A DNA stretch of 64,000 nt, from contig NC_043002.1 of NCBI RefSeq assembly GCF_006345805.1, positions 81,344,001-81,408,000 of the forward strand, in the 5' to 3' direction. This document shows positions 26,925 to 40,236 of this stretch, piece after piece. This DNA is from Octopus sinensis. Taxonomy: Eukaryota. The position numbers and the translations under genes were made by a program. The notes below the pieces were generated by a model that was not told the origin of the DNA, searched no databases, and saw only the letters and a list, made by a program, of their open reading frames with translations. Position 1 is the stretch's first letter; each line of letters opens with the position of its first letter.

Positions 26925-27990
26925 CTAAGGCAGCGAGTTGACAGAATCGTTAGCACGACGGGCAAAATGCAGTTCCTCTGTCTTTTCGTTCTGAGTTCAA
27001 ATTCTGCCGAAGTCGCCTTTGCTTTTCATCCTTTCAGGGTCGATAAAATAAATACCGATTAAGCACTGGGGTCGATGTAATTGACTTATCCCCACTCATG
27101 AAATTGCTGGCCTTGTGCCAACATTTGAAACGAACGTTAAATTTACCATTAAGGCGGTGACCTGGCAGAATCGATAGTACGCCGGGCAAAATGCTTAGTG
27201 GCATTTCGTCCGTCTTTACGGCTTCAGTTCAAATTCCACTGAAGTTCACTTTGTCTTGCATCCTTTCATGATCGATAAAATAAGTATCAGTTGAGCCCTG
27301 GAGTCGATGTAATCGACTTATCACCTCCACCTCACCCCGCCCACCGAATTTACTGGCTTGTGCCAAAATTTGAAATCAATATTAAATCTATCACTATTAC
27401 TTCTATAGCCTCATAGTTCAAATCCGAGTTCAATTCTAGAGATTGATTTTGCCTTTCGTCTTTTCGTAGTCGATGAAATAAGTATTAATTGAGTACTGGA
27501 GTTGATGTCATCGACTAACCCCCTCCCGCAAAATTTCAGGTCTTGTACTTCTAATAGAAAGTATTATTTCTATAGCATCAGAGGCGGCGAGCTGGCAGAA
27601 TTGTTAGCACGCTGGACGAAATGCTTAGCAGTATTTCGCCCGTCGCTATGTTCTGAATTCAAATTCCGCCGAGGTCGACTTTGCTTTTCATCCTTTCGGG
27701 GTCGATAAATTAAGTACCAGTTGCGTACTGGGTTCGATCTAATCGACTGGTCCCTTCCCCAAAAATTTCGGGCTTTGTGCCTACAGTAGAAAAGAATTGT
27801 TAACACGCTGGACGAAATGCTTAGCAGTATTTCGCCCGTCGTTACGTTCTGAGTTCAAATTCCACCGAGGTCGACTTTGCCTTTCATCCTTTTGGGGTCG
27901 ATAAATTATGTGCCAGTTATGCACTGGAATCGATGTAATCGACTTAATCCTTTCTTCCAAATTTGAGTCCTTGTGCTTCCAGTTGAAAGA
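26925..27990 (+). mobile_element. Head-to-tail cluster of about five SINE family D copies
   Basis: Repeated GAGTTCAAATTC...GTCGACTTTGC(C/T)TTTCATCCTTT...GTCGATAAA motifs. Confidence 0.85.
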
Positions 27991-28708
27991 ATGATTTCTA
28001 TAGCATCATATATCAGTTTAACTCTATTCATCGCTGTGGACCATTCCTCATTCATGCACTCGTGATAGGAAGTAACAATTACACATCTATTTCACAAGGT
28101 CTTCTTATCCACTGAACCTACCTATGTAAGACATGACAAATCTCGTATCTATCAACAAACGGATGTCGGGGGAGGAAACGTTTGAAGTGATCTCAAAACG
28201 GAAGTGGTGAGTTTAGGAATCTGCAGAGTACATCTGTCTGCAAAATATTATCCTTTTGAATTATATTTAGAAAAGCGCTAACATCGCTCAGCAAAATGAA
28301 CGTATCCAATGAGCTAACTTCCATTTCAGACTGCAAGTGCTTCGGTTCAGTTTCAACGTTAATGCCTTTGAGAGAATATGAAGGTCAAAATTCACATTAA
28401 TCTCTCCATCCTTTCGCCGAAGTAGACATCTTTTCTACTGAGGGAAGGCAACCTGATACAATTTTTGCGTCCATTAATATTTCACTTCCTTACTGGCTAA
28501 GAAACTTGATGAATGAAAGTGGGGGAAATGTTTGCTTATTTTTCCTGTAACACAGTCATATATAACAAGCTGTTGTAGCCACTGATACACGAAAAAAGTA
28601 TTTCTTGTTACATAATGTATGTGAAATTATTCCAGTTGAATTTCGGTTTAGGTGCAACAAATTTCTTCTTTAGTTAAATCTTAGATGACACGGAATACAT
28701 ATATCTTA

Positions 28709-29007
28709 AGGCGGCGAGCTGGCAGAAACGTTGGCACACCGGGCGAAATGCTTAACGGTACTTCGTCTGCCGATACGTTCCGAGTTCAAATTCCGCCGAG
28801 GTCGACTTTGCCTGTCATCCTTTCGGGGTCGATCAATTAAGTACCAGTTGTATACTGAGGTCGATCTAATCGACAGGCCACCTCCCACAAAATTTTGGGC
28901 TTTGTGCCTAGAGTAGAAAAGAATACATATATCTAAATTATTAAATTTTTTACTAAATATTTATTGTGATAAGAATGTTCTTTTTTATTTTTCTTTAAGT
29001 TGCTCTG

Positions 29008-29058
<51 letters not shown>

Positions 29059-29341
29059 TACAATATCGATAAATACAAAACCGCTGATTTGCATGGTTGA
29101 AGGCTTATATGAGTACAAGTATCTGATGACGCTATTGTTCGTAAATACATGCAACAAAAATAAAGCACAACAAATTATTACGTAGCTGCGCGGTAAGAAG
29201 CTTGCTTCCCAGTCACCTAATTCGGGTTTCAGTCCTACTGCGTGGTACCTTCAGCAAGCGTCTTCTATTATAGCCTCGCGCCGACCAAAATCTTGTGAGT
29301 GGATTTAGTAGTCGGAAACTGAAAGAAGCCAGTCGTATATA

Positions 29342-29411
<70 letters not shown>

Positions 29412-31192
29412 AGAGTGTATCTGTGTGTGTTTGTCCCCCCAACACACCGCTTGACAACCGGTATTGATGTGTTTACTTACATACCCGTAACTTAGCGGTT
29501 CGGCGAGAGACCAATGGAATAAGTGCCAGGCTTTAAAAGAAGTATGTACTGGGGTTGATGCATTTGACTAAAAATTCTTCGAGGTGCCCCAGCAAACAAA
29601 TAAAAGAATAAAACAAATAAACTGAATTATACTTTTTTTTATTATAGTCGCAAGGCCTGAAATCTTGTGGGAAGTGGGCTAATCGATTTCATCGATCTTA
29701 GTGTTCAAGTGGTGCCTACTTCTTTCATAGACCCAGAAAGAATGAAAGACAAAGTCGACCTCAGAGAAATTTGAACTTAGAAAGTAATGTCGAAAGAAAA
29801 ACCGACAAGAACTTTTTGTCTGTCGTGTTAATTGTCTGCAAGCTTGCCGCCTTGAACTAAACTATAACGGAAATATATGGTTATACGACATATTGTCATC
29901 ATATTCATTACTCTCTTTTACTTGTTTCAGTCATTTGACTCTGGCCATGCTGGAGCACTGCCTTTAGTCGCGTAAATCGACCCCAGGACTTATTCTCTTG
30001 CCGAATCGCTAAGTGACGGTGAGAAAACATACCAGCATCGATGTTAGGGGGGGACAAACACAGACACACAAACACACTCACATACATATATACGACGGGC
30101 TTCTTTCAGTTTCCGTCTACCAAATCCACTCACAAGGCTTTGGTCGGCCCGAGGCTATAGTAGAAGACACTTTCCCAAGGTGCCACGCAGTGGGACTGAA
30201 CCCGGAACCACGTGGTTGGTAAGCGAGCTACATACCACACAGCCACTCCTGCGCCTATGCCGATCTTTCTTGCAACGAAGTCCACAAATTTACGTTCTCT
30301 CCTATTAACAACAATAACAACAACAACATCAACAACAACATCTATAAAAACAACAAGAACCTTGCTTCAAACATCTGTACTATCGTCTTCATACACCATA
30401 GCAACGCACAGAAATTTGTCAGTGCTCCTATATATCTTTTAGACGAATCAGACCGCAGCTAGATTCCCAGAAAGGACTCAAGTTATTAAAGGTTTTCATA
30501 GTTTTTTTTTAAACGGTACATAACACCGAGTGAGGAGAATTAGATTGAGGATGTGACTAGTGAAAGCATTCGAATTGGATGAAACTTATTTGCTTCTTTT
30601 GGCATCTGTTTTGTTATACTTAAAAAGCTTCACACTGCTATGTATGGTTTTTTTTTTGTTGTTGGGATTTTTTTAAAATTTGGAATACGTTCTACTTAAA
30701 AGATTTAGAATTGAAAGTTAAGAATCCAATTGAACATTTTTCTTTAATAATCAAGTAAATTAGGACCGACTTACAGGAAATATATTTACATACACACAAA
30801 CACACGCACGTGCGCACACATACGCACGCACACACACTGGCATACTCAGATATAAGTATTCGTGTCCATGTGTGTGTGTGTGTACATACAAACATATAAT
30901 ACACACACATATTTAATATTGATTAATATACATGTGTACACACACTGTATCCATATGTACATATATGGCGGCTAGCTGGCAGAATCGTTAGCACGCCGGG
31001 CGAAATGCGTAGCCGTATTTCGTCAGCCGTTACGTCCTGAGTTCAAATTCCGCCGAGGTCAACTTTGCCTTTCATCCTTTCGGGTCGATAAATAAAGTAC
31101 CAGTTACGCACTGGGGTCAATATAATCGACTTAATCCGTTTGTCTGTCCTTGTTTGTCCCCTCTATGTTTAACCCTTTGTGGACAATAAAGA
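28709..31192. mobile_element. SINE-rich stretch: D 28709-28920(+), C 29183-29620(+), D 29650-29850(-), C 29909-30255(-), D 30967-31192(+)
   Basis: Family motifs; also (GTGC)n at about 29006-29057. Confidence 0.8.
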
Positions 31193-31324
31193 AATATATA
31201 TCCATATATACATACATACATATATATATATATGCATACCTTTATATACGCGCACACATGTGTGTATAACATTTTTTAAATAAGTTTTTGTGCTTGTGTG
31301 CTATCACACACACATATATAGAGA

Positions 31325-31685
<361 letters not shown>

Positions 31686-33197
31686 ATACTGATTTATACG
31701 TTAGAAGTAAAAATAAAGGAAGCAACTAAAGCTAAGCAAAACAAACAAGAAAATAATTAGTTTAGAAGAAGTGGGGAAAAAAATAATAAGGTTAAACGGA
31801 AAATAGAAGTGGCGAGTATGGAAAGTGATATGACCAACATCAAAAGCATCAAAGAAGATGCCGCTCAGGTCACTTACATAGCACAAGGTTTTTCAATTTA
31901 ACATTTCTTACAGAATCTGATCAGTGGATTGGTGGAATCTGCTGTGACGTCCGTCAAAAAATTTCAGCGCGGCATTTCATTGCTTCCGTGACTGAGTTCA
32001 AGCTTCGAATGTTGCTGGAGTTAAGCATGTTTTTTTTGTTTTGTTTTTTTTTTTTTTTTGCTTTTATTTTTTCTCCGCATCTGGGGGAGTAAATTAAAAA
32101 CACCCTTCCTGTTCTGAGCTTGTGCCTCTACTGACGTCGCCGTTGCTTTGTATACGCGTACAATATATTATTTATAATATATATGTATGTTATATGCTGG
32201 GTTGGTATAAAACAAATAACAATTAAGCACTAGGCTCAGATAGATAGTGAATTGGTCGCAGTCGTTTGTGCGTCGGAGACAACGTATTGTGATATTTGTT
32301 CTCTCAGCAACCTGGGTCGAAATCCTGCATATGACAACTTTACCGTTTGTCTTCTAGAAGTTGAAATAAAATGCAATAAGTTGTGACTTGGGAGAAATTT
32401 TGCTTATTTCCAGTATGTAAGAATAACATGCAGTTTTATGGTTGACTCGAAATAATCTAAGTAGATGGTGTTTAGCTCTAGGTCAGCCTTGATCGAGCAG
32501 TCCTGTGATGAAAGGTGATCCAGTCATGACCAGCCCGTCTTTTTTATATACCAGAAGGTACATTATCAAATATATCCATAATTAAAAATTCATATATACA
32601 TATGACTTAAGGGGAATTTGACAGCTAATTCTAGCAATTCGAACGGGTATGTAGGAGTCTTTTGTTGAGCATCGAGACATACAGTGACGCCCTATTACAG
32701 AGGAGTATATTGCTAGGCAGAATAGAAGATACTCTTGACTGTCAGAAACTCTATTTCCCTGTCACACTTTCTCTCTCCCTCCCACTCCTCTCTCTTTCTC
32801 TCTCTCGCATTCTTGCTCGCTCTCTTATAGTTTCTATTACAAAGCGTTTTTAACTCCAAGCCCTCCAAGAAGGTACTTATATCTTCACGGAGGGCATGAA
32901 GTTAAAGATACCCTGAATTACTGCCATATCGTTATTTCAACCAGGCTTTTGGTATAAACGGCAGGGTAAAGTACAACTTACTCAGAGAGGAGGTGATAGT
33001 GATGGACGGTAGGGCTGACAGTATTTCGATTACATACATAAATATATTTACATAAGCCTTGTTATAATAAAGAAAAGAGCAAACCAGGAAGCCTTTAATT
33101 GCAACCGGCTAGTAGATAAACCTTTTTCAAATGAAACTCTTCTAATATTAAAAAAAATGTATGCTACATTGTATAATGCAGGCTTAAAAACAATATA

Positions 33198-34120
33198 CAG
33201 GGTGTCCATAAAGTCTCTTTACAATTAAAAAAAAAATATTACAACGGCAGTTGATGAGATATTTTAACCAGATTTGTTTTATATTAATAATTGTTTATTA
33301 AAGTTTTTATTGATATTAAATTTTTGTGTTTCAGATACTCTTTTGATGGAAGGGAACTGATTCGCTGACCCCCTATAAAATGAGGATGAAGCATTCCTCA
33401 AGCGAGTTTGTTTTAGTGACGAGGCGATTTTTCATGTTTCAGGGAAATTAAACAGACACAATGTGAGAATATGGGGATCAGAACACCCCCATGTGACTAG
33501 GGAGCTTCAACGGGATAGTCCAAAAGTGAATATGTGATGTGGAATCATGTGCAGTCGAATAATTGATCCATTTTTCTTCAACGAGGCAACAATTACTGTA
33601 GATTTTTGCCTCGACCTTCTGACTGAATATGTGGAACCACAATTGATTGATTTACAACCAACCATCATTTTCCTGCAAGATGGTGCACCACCACATTGGG
33701 GACGGAATGTTCGTCAGTTCTTCAATCAAACATTTCCCGACCGATGGATTGGAAGAGATGGGCCAATTCCATGGCCACCGCGTTCACCAGATATCACCCC
33801 CTTGGACTTCTTTTTATGGGGTTATGTAAAAGCTATCGTGTATCAAACAAAGATACGCGACAATGCTGACTTCAAACAAAGGATTCGTAATGCCATTGCC
33901 ACCGTTGATGTGGCTATCATACAGTGAGCAAGGCAAGAAATCGAGTACCGTCTTAATGTGTTTCGCGCAACTAATGGTGCCCATATTGAGGTCTATTAAA
34001 TAACAGTTAAAAAAACTTTAATAAACAATTATTACAATAAAACAAATCTTGTTATGGTATCTTGTCAACTGCCTTTGTAATAAAATTTTAAAATTGTAAA
34101 GAGACTTTATGGACACCCTC
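33198..34120 (+). mobile_element. Internally deleted DD41D (rosa/Visitor-type) Tc1/mariner transposon
   Basis: TA-flanked TIRs CAGGGTGTCCATAAAGTCTCTTTACAATT, extending imperfectly to about 110 bp. Confidence 0.92.
33379..33999 (+). pseudogene. DD41D transposase catalytic domain (two in-frame TGA stops, N-terminal HTH absent)
   Basis: FSDEA...QDGAPPH...WPPRSPDITPLDFFLWG, with 41 residues between the 2nd and 3rd Asp. Stops at 33535-33537 and 33925-33927. Confidence 0.9.
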
Positions 34121-34304
34121 TATAACAACAAAAGATGAGCTGGTCACGTTAAGATCATCTTTCAATACAAGTGTACTCAATACAAATCTACTCAGATCTG
34201 TACTGGAAAGTAATGTCGGTCCTGGAGACTTGGGCATTTCCCAAATCCTTCAGCTTCAACACTTCAAATATATTGTAACGATGGTTTTATGTGTATATGT
34301 GTAC

Positions 34305-34349
<45 letters not shown>

Positions 34350-34706
34350 TAGATAGATAGATAGATAGATAGATAGTTAGATAAAGATCGTTTCGACACA
34401 TCGTAGCTACAGGCAAATACCAGTATGTATTTTAAACGAAATAAGCAAAACTAGGGAAGGGTACAGAACACTTTCGATTATCAATGACCATTGGATTGCA
34501 CTTAGAAAGTTACCCTCCGAGGCACAAATCTGGGCAAGGTTGTGTATGTAAGACCAGCAGTCACCCATGCATACCATCACTGTAACATAAATATTTGTAC
34601 ATAATCTCACTCGCGAGGGACCGATGCACGATGAGTCGAAACGATCGTAGTGCTTAATAAAGGATCTCGTGAATTCCATTTCCTTTCTCTTTCTCTCATG
34701 TCATAA

Positions 34707-35664
34707 GGTGTAGGAGTGGCTGTGTGGTAAGTAGCTTGCTTACCAGCCACATGGTTCCTGATTCAGTCCCACTGCATGGCACCTTGGGTAAGTGTCTTCT
34801 GCTATAGCCTCGGGCTGACCAAAGTCTTGTGAGTGGATTTGGTAGACGGAAACCGAAAGAAGTCCGTCGTATATATGTGTGTTTGTGTGTGTGTGTATGC
34901 ATGTACATGTTTGTGTGTCTGTGTTTGTCCCCCTCCCCCAACATCGCTTGACAACCGATGCTGGTGTGTTTACGCCCCCCATCACTTACCGGTTCGGCAA
35001 GAGAGACCGATAGAATAAGTACTAGGCTTACAAAGAATAAGTCCTGGGGTCGATTTGCTCGACTAAAAGCGGTGCTCCAGCATGGCCGCAGTAAAATGAC
35101 TGAAACAAATAAAAGAATAAAAGAACAAAAAAGAACATGAAGCAATTCCTGAAGTAAATCCGGTGGAATTTATATCCGTACTATTGATGACATCAGGTTG
35201 CCAAATACAGTGAACGGGCCTTAAACGGCATACTACAAAAATCTATTATCAAATTTAAAATTTAAAGTTCGCTTATCCCTAAACAATGCCTGACGCTGAC
35301 ATTACTGTAAAATATTCAGGAGTGGCTGTGTGGTAAGTAGCATGCTTACCAACAACTCGGTGCCGGATTCAGTCACTTTCGTAGCACCTTGTGCAAATGT
35401 CTTCTACTATAGCCTCGGGCCGACCAAAACCTTGTGGGTGGATTTGATAGACGGAAACTGAAACAAGCTATATATGTTTGTGTGTCTGTGTTTGTGCCCC
35501 CACCATTGCTTGACCACCGAGATTGGTGTGTTTAAGTCCCCGTAACTTAACGGTTCGGCAAAAAAATAGCGATAAAATATGTACTAGGCTTACAAAGAAT
35601 AAGTCCTGGGGTTGATTTGTTCGACTAAAAGAATAATAGAATATATATATATAAATATATATAC

Positions 35665-35722
<58 letters not shown>

Positions 35723-36460
35723 GCATGTATATGTATGTGAGTGGGAGCCTAAACTTTCTTATTCTTTGATTTGTTTTAGCCATTCGATTGCCGCCATGCT
35801 GGAACACTGCCTTAAAGTATTTTAGTCGAAGAAATCGATCCCAATACTTATTCTTCGTAAACCTAGTACTTATTCTATCGGTCTTTTTTAACGAATCGCA
35901 AAGTCACGGAGACGTAAACACGTCGACATTGGTCGTCAAATGATGATGGTGGGGGAGACCAACACAAATACAAAGACACACATACACACACACACGTATA
36001 TATGTATATATACAACGGGCTTCTTTCAGTTTCCACCGACCAAATCCACTTAAAAGGCTTTGGTCCGCCGGACGTTATAGAAGAAGACACTTGACCAAGA
36101 TGTCACGCAAGGGGACTGAACCCGGAAACGTGTGGTTGGGAAGCAAGCTTCTTACCACACACACACACACTCACACAAACACACACACACACATATATAT
36201 GTGTGTATACATATAAGCGAGCGTCTGTGTAAAAATACATACTCATTACTCATTTACTCATTTACTTGTTTCAGTCATTTGACTGCGGTCATGCCGGAGC
36301 ACCGCCTTTAGTCGAGCAACTCGACCCCGGGACTTATTCTTTTTGTAAGCCCAGTACTTATTCTATCGGTCTCTTTTTGCCGAACCGCTAAGTGACGGGG
36401 ACGTAAACACACCAGCATCGGTTGTCAAGCAATGCTAGGGGAACAAACACAGACACACAA

Positions 36461-36493
<33 letters not shown>

Positions 36494-36648
36494 CATATAT
36501 ACGACAGGCTTCTTTCAGTTTCCGTCTACCAAATCCACTCACAAGGCATTGGTCGGTCCGGGGCTATAGCAGAAGACACTTGCTCAAGATGCCACGCAGT
36601 GGGACTGAACCCGGAACCACGTGGTTGGTAAGCAAGCTACTTACCACA
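34707..36648. mobile_element. Four SINE family C copies: 34707-35125(+, full length), 35316-35630(+), 35756-36150(-), 36252-36648(-)
   Basis: Head GGAGTGGCTGTGTGGTAAG, CORE-like CACCTTGGGCAAGTGTCTT, internal microsatellite, tail GACTGAAACAAGTAAAAGAG. Confidence 0.88.
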
Positions 36649-37259
36649 CATATATATGTAACCCAAAACTTGAAGGCAGATCTTAAAGGGACATAACTAA
36701 GTAGTGAACAATATTTACTCCGGCATTGCGCCTTTTCTTACTGCCACTCAGTTTCACTCAGACTCTAATAATGCTAAATTAAATAAATAAGAATTAATTA
36801 TTAAATTAACAAATAAATAAAATAAAACTCATATCCAATCCTTCTCCTTTCAATTTTATCGTCGAGCTTCAAAAGGAACATAAGAATAAAAATTTAACAA
36901 AAAAAAAATAATAATAGAATGAAATAATTTTGTTCGGTGTTTTTGTTTTCTTATTTATATTTCAATTTTGGCAATTTTATGTATTTTTAAAAGCAAAAGA
37001 ACCGACAATTCCGGGAGAAGAGATCGATAAAAGACATTAAAAAAAATAAAACTTCCAAGTGTAATTTGGAAAATGTAAACCGTAGAAATACAATTATAAA
37101 TGGGTAAAACACATTTAATCTAATTTGCAATGTGTCAATCGTTAATTCTACGTCATTTTGGCAAGCATTTTTACGAGATGTTAACGGTGGTTAAATGTAA
37201 TATGATTCCCAAAAACCTTGATTAATATAACGCGATAAGAGCTTTGTTCAGTGAGCGAA

Positions 37260-37627
37260 ATACATTTCAATCATATATATATATATGTGAGTGGGTGTGT
37301 GTGTGTGTATGTATGTATGTATGTTTGCATGCATGTATGTATGTATGTATGTATGTATGTATATGTATATAAATACACGAACATATATACATATTATACA
37401 TAAATATATACATTAATACATACACTCACACACATACACATACACATTTATGCACGCACACGCACACTCACGCACACACATACACATATGTATGTAGATA
37501 TACATATATCAATATATATTTACATATGTATTGTATTAACAAGCACATATAAATGCATTTGTGTGCATATATATATATATATACATACACACACACACGT
37601 ATATGTGTGTGTGCGTGTGTGAGTGTG

Positions 37628-37663
<36 letters not shown>

Positions 37664-38499
37664 ACATGTATATTTGTATATATACTTATATATATATGTA
37701 TGCATATGTGCATATATTTATATACATGTACATACGTATATGCGTTTACGTATTTCAACGACACACACACACACACGCAAATGTATCTATATATGAATGT
37801 ATAACTTGACAGTATATTATTTGTTCGTATAATTCTATATGCATAATTATACATATGTGTTGTGATGGTGGGGTGTGTTAGTTGGTGCACTTATGTATGT
37901 ATGTATGTATGTATGTAAGTATGTATGTATGTATGTATGTATGTATGTATGTGTGTATGTGTGTATGTGCGTGCGTGTGTGTGCGTGCGTGTGTGTGCGT
38001 GCGTGGGTGTGTGTCTGTGTGGTGTGTGTGTGTGTGTGTGTGTCGGGGTGTAATGATATAATGGCGGGAATACATGAAAATAATCGTAAAAGTAACAAAA
38101 AACAAAATGGAAGAAAATCGAATAAGGCGAAAATGAAACTAAGGGTGACGGTCGGAGAACATTGGGAAAGGTGGGAGCTAAGAGAAGGAGAAATTTGGGA
38201 TAGAATATATGTGTGTGAGACGGAAGAGATTTTGTTTAGAGGGACACATAATATACTGTGTATAAGGATGTAAGGAAGATGAGGGAATGGGGAAGGGCGG
38301 GGGGGGGGGGAATGGGAATAGCTTATTCATAAATTGATCTGTAACTCTAATAATCTGGTGAGAGCATGCAACCGCTGTGACCAGGATTAACAGTAATAGA
38401 GACACAGCGAGTCATTTGGGAAATCAGGAATGGTGTGTTAATCAGTGGCATCAACACCCCTTTCACACAATGTGCTTTATACCTGTGAATATATATAAC

Positions 38500-38576
<77 letters not shown>

Positions 38577-39070
38577 ATATATGTGTGTGTGTGTGTGTGG
38601 TTGTGTGTGTGTATGTATGTATGTATGTATATATAAACATACATATAAACATATATATACACGTATATACATACATGTATATATGCACAAATATACATAC
38701 ATGCATACATACATACTGACATATGGATGTGTGCAGTTATTGAGTCAAATATGAGTATATTTTTATGTTGTGTATATATAAGACAGTACAGAGATTTGTC
38801 TAAAGGCAATATGGCGATGGCTCATGCTACTCCACATGTGATTTGGTAAAATGAATCTTTGTGTATACACATATAGCTAGATACAGAGAGAGAGGGATGT
38901 ATATATAAATATATGTGTGTGTGTGTGTATGTATGTATAAGATTCATAATGTATACCTATAAACAACAGTGAGCGTATATATATATCCGTACATATATAT
39001 ATATATATATACATATATATATACATATATGATTGTGTGTGTGGTGCGTGTGTGTGTGTGTGTGTGGTGC

Positions 39071-39120
<50 letters not shown>

Positions 39121-39466
39121 GTGTGTGCGTGTGTGTGAAATAGAGTGTAAGCGCACGCTGTCTGACTGGCAGGTGGACAAAAAAAGTAGACAGAAAGACA
39201 GGAAGACACACAGACAGATAGGCAAACCAACAAACGGACAGACAGATCGATCGGTCGACCGATCGATCGATAGATTGATTGATAGATGATTATAGGTAAA
39301 TGTTTGCATATCGCCGATTCAGTTGCATTGGAATGCCCATAGACTGTAAGCGTATTTGTGATAGTCATTTTAAGCATATACATTTATTATATGAGTGTAT
39401 ATGCTAATATATCTTTGGATACACACATATAGCACTCTCTTATACATTGAAGGCTGTATGTGCGTG

Positions 39467-39520
<54 letters not shown>
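37260..39520. repeat. Microsatellite field (TATG, TA, CA/GT, GATC)
   Basis: Direct reading. Confidence 0.9.
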
Positions 39521-39521
<1 letters not shown>

Positions 39522-39526
<5 letters not shown>

Positions 39527-39990
39527 GTAAAAAGGACACAAACGCCAAGGCAGGACGGAGTATCTCAATTCGTTTAGAATATTTAATTAGAACAAGGTGA
39601 ATTTGAACTAATTAATTAATTAATTATTGGATTCTTACACCTGTTTCTCGGATATCTCAAGTGATAGGTAAGCATCTCCATACACTGGGTGTACCGTCAT
39701 CAGAGAGCAGGTGAGTATGTACGAAAATTCTAGACAGAGAATTCAGTGTATAATGGTTAAAATAGCAGATAGAAGAATACAGACAGGAGAATAAAGTTCC
39801 AGAAGGTATAGAGTTTGGTCCGTACTTCCGTGAGGGTATCGGTCCTTAAGTATAACCCCCAGGTAGATACAAGCAGTATTATAGCAGTATTTTGAATGTT
39901 GCGTTCAAGTTGAAGGAATAGATTAAGTGGTTAGCTAGTATGAAAACGGTCGACGTGGGAATATAGAGAGACAGACATTATAACAGACAG
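39522..39990 (-). mobile_element. Penelope-like element terminal region next to (TA)n
   Basis: Contains a minimal hammerhead motif; its 3' end runs into a (TA)n tract. Confidence 0.55.
39633..39706 (-). ncRNA. Minimal type I hammerhead ribozyme motif (PLE-type), possibly degenerate
   Basis: Minus strand TCT-CTGATGA-CGG...CCG-A-GAAAC-AGGT-GTA-AGA: intact CUGAUGA and GAAA, GUA site, 3-bp stem I, near-palindromic stem III. Confidence 0.55.
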
Positions 39991-40004
39991 ATATGGGCTG
40001 TGAA

Positions 40005-40236
40005 GGCGGTGAGCTGGCAGAAACGTTAGCATGCCGGGCGAAATGCCTAGCAATATATCGTCTGTCTATACGTTCTGAGATCAAATGCCGCTGAGGTCGA
40101 CTTTGCCTTTCATCCTTTCGGGATCGATAAATTAAGTACCAGTTACGCACTGGGTCGGTGTAATCGACTTAATCCCTTTGTCTGTCCTTGTTTGCCCCCT
40201 CTATGTTTAGCCCCTTGTGGGCAATAAAGAAATAAG
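40005..40236 (+). mobile_element. SINE family D (second tail type)
   Basis: GGCGGTGAGCTGGCAGAAACGTTAGC...TGTTTAGCCCCTTGTGGGCAATAAAGAAATA. Confidence 0.88.

Noticed and set aside
26925-27990. Regularly recurring motifs resembling a CRISPR array
   Set aside because: The repeats are 200-bp SINE copies with homologous interiors, not short repeats with unique spacers; no cas genes; eukaryotic context.
31850-32030. Good-looking acceptor (TTTAACATTTCTTACAG) and short open frames
   Set aside because: The downstream sequence aligns to a highly diverged family D SINE (GGCATTTC...CTGAGTTCAAG).
39245-39268. Perfect 24-bp palindrome GATCGATCGGTCGACCGATCGATC
   Set aside because: Explained by drift of a GATA/GACA microsatellite to self-complementary GATC.
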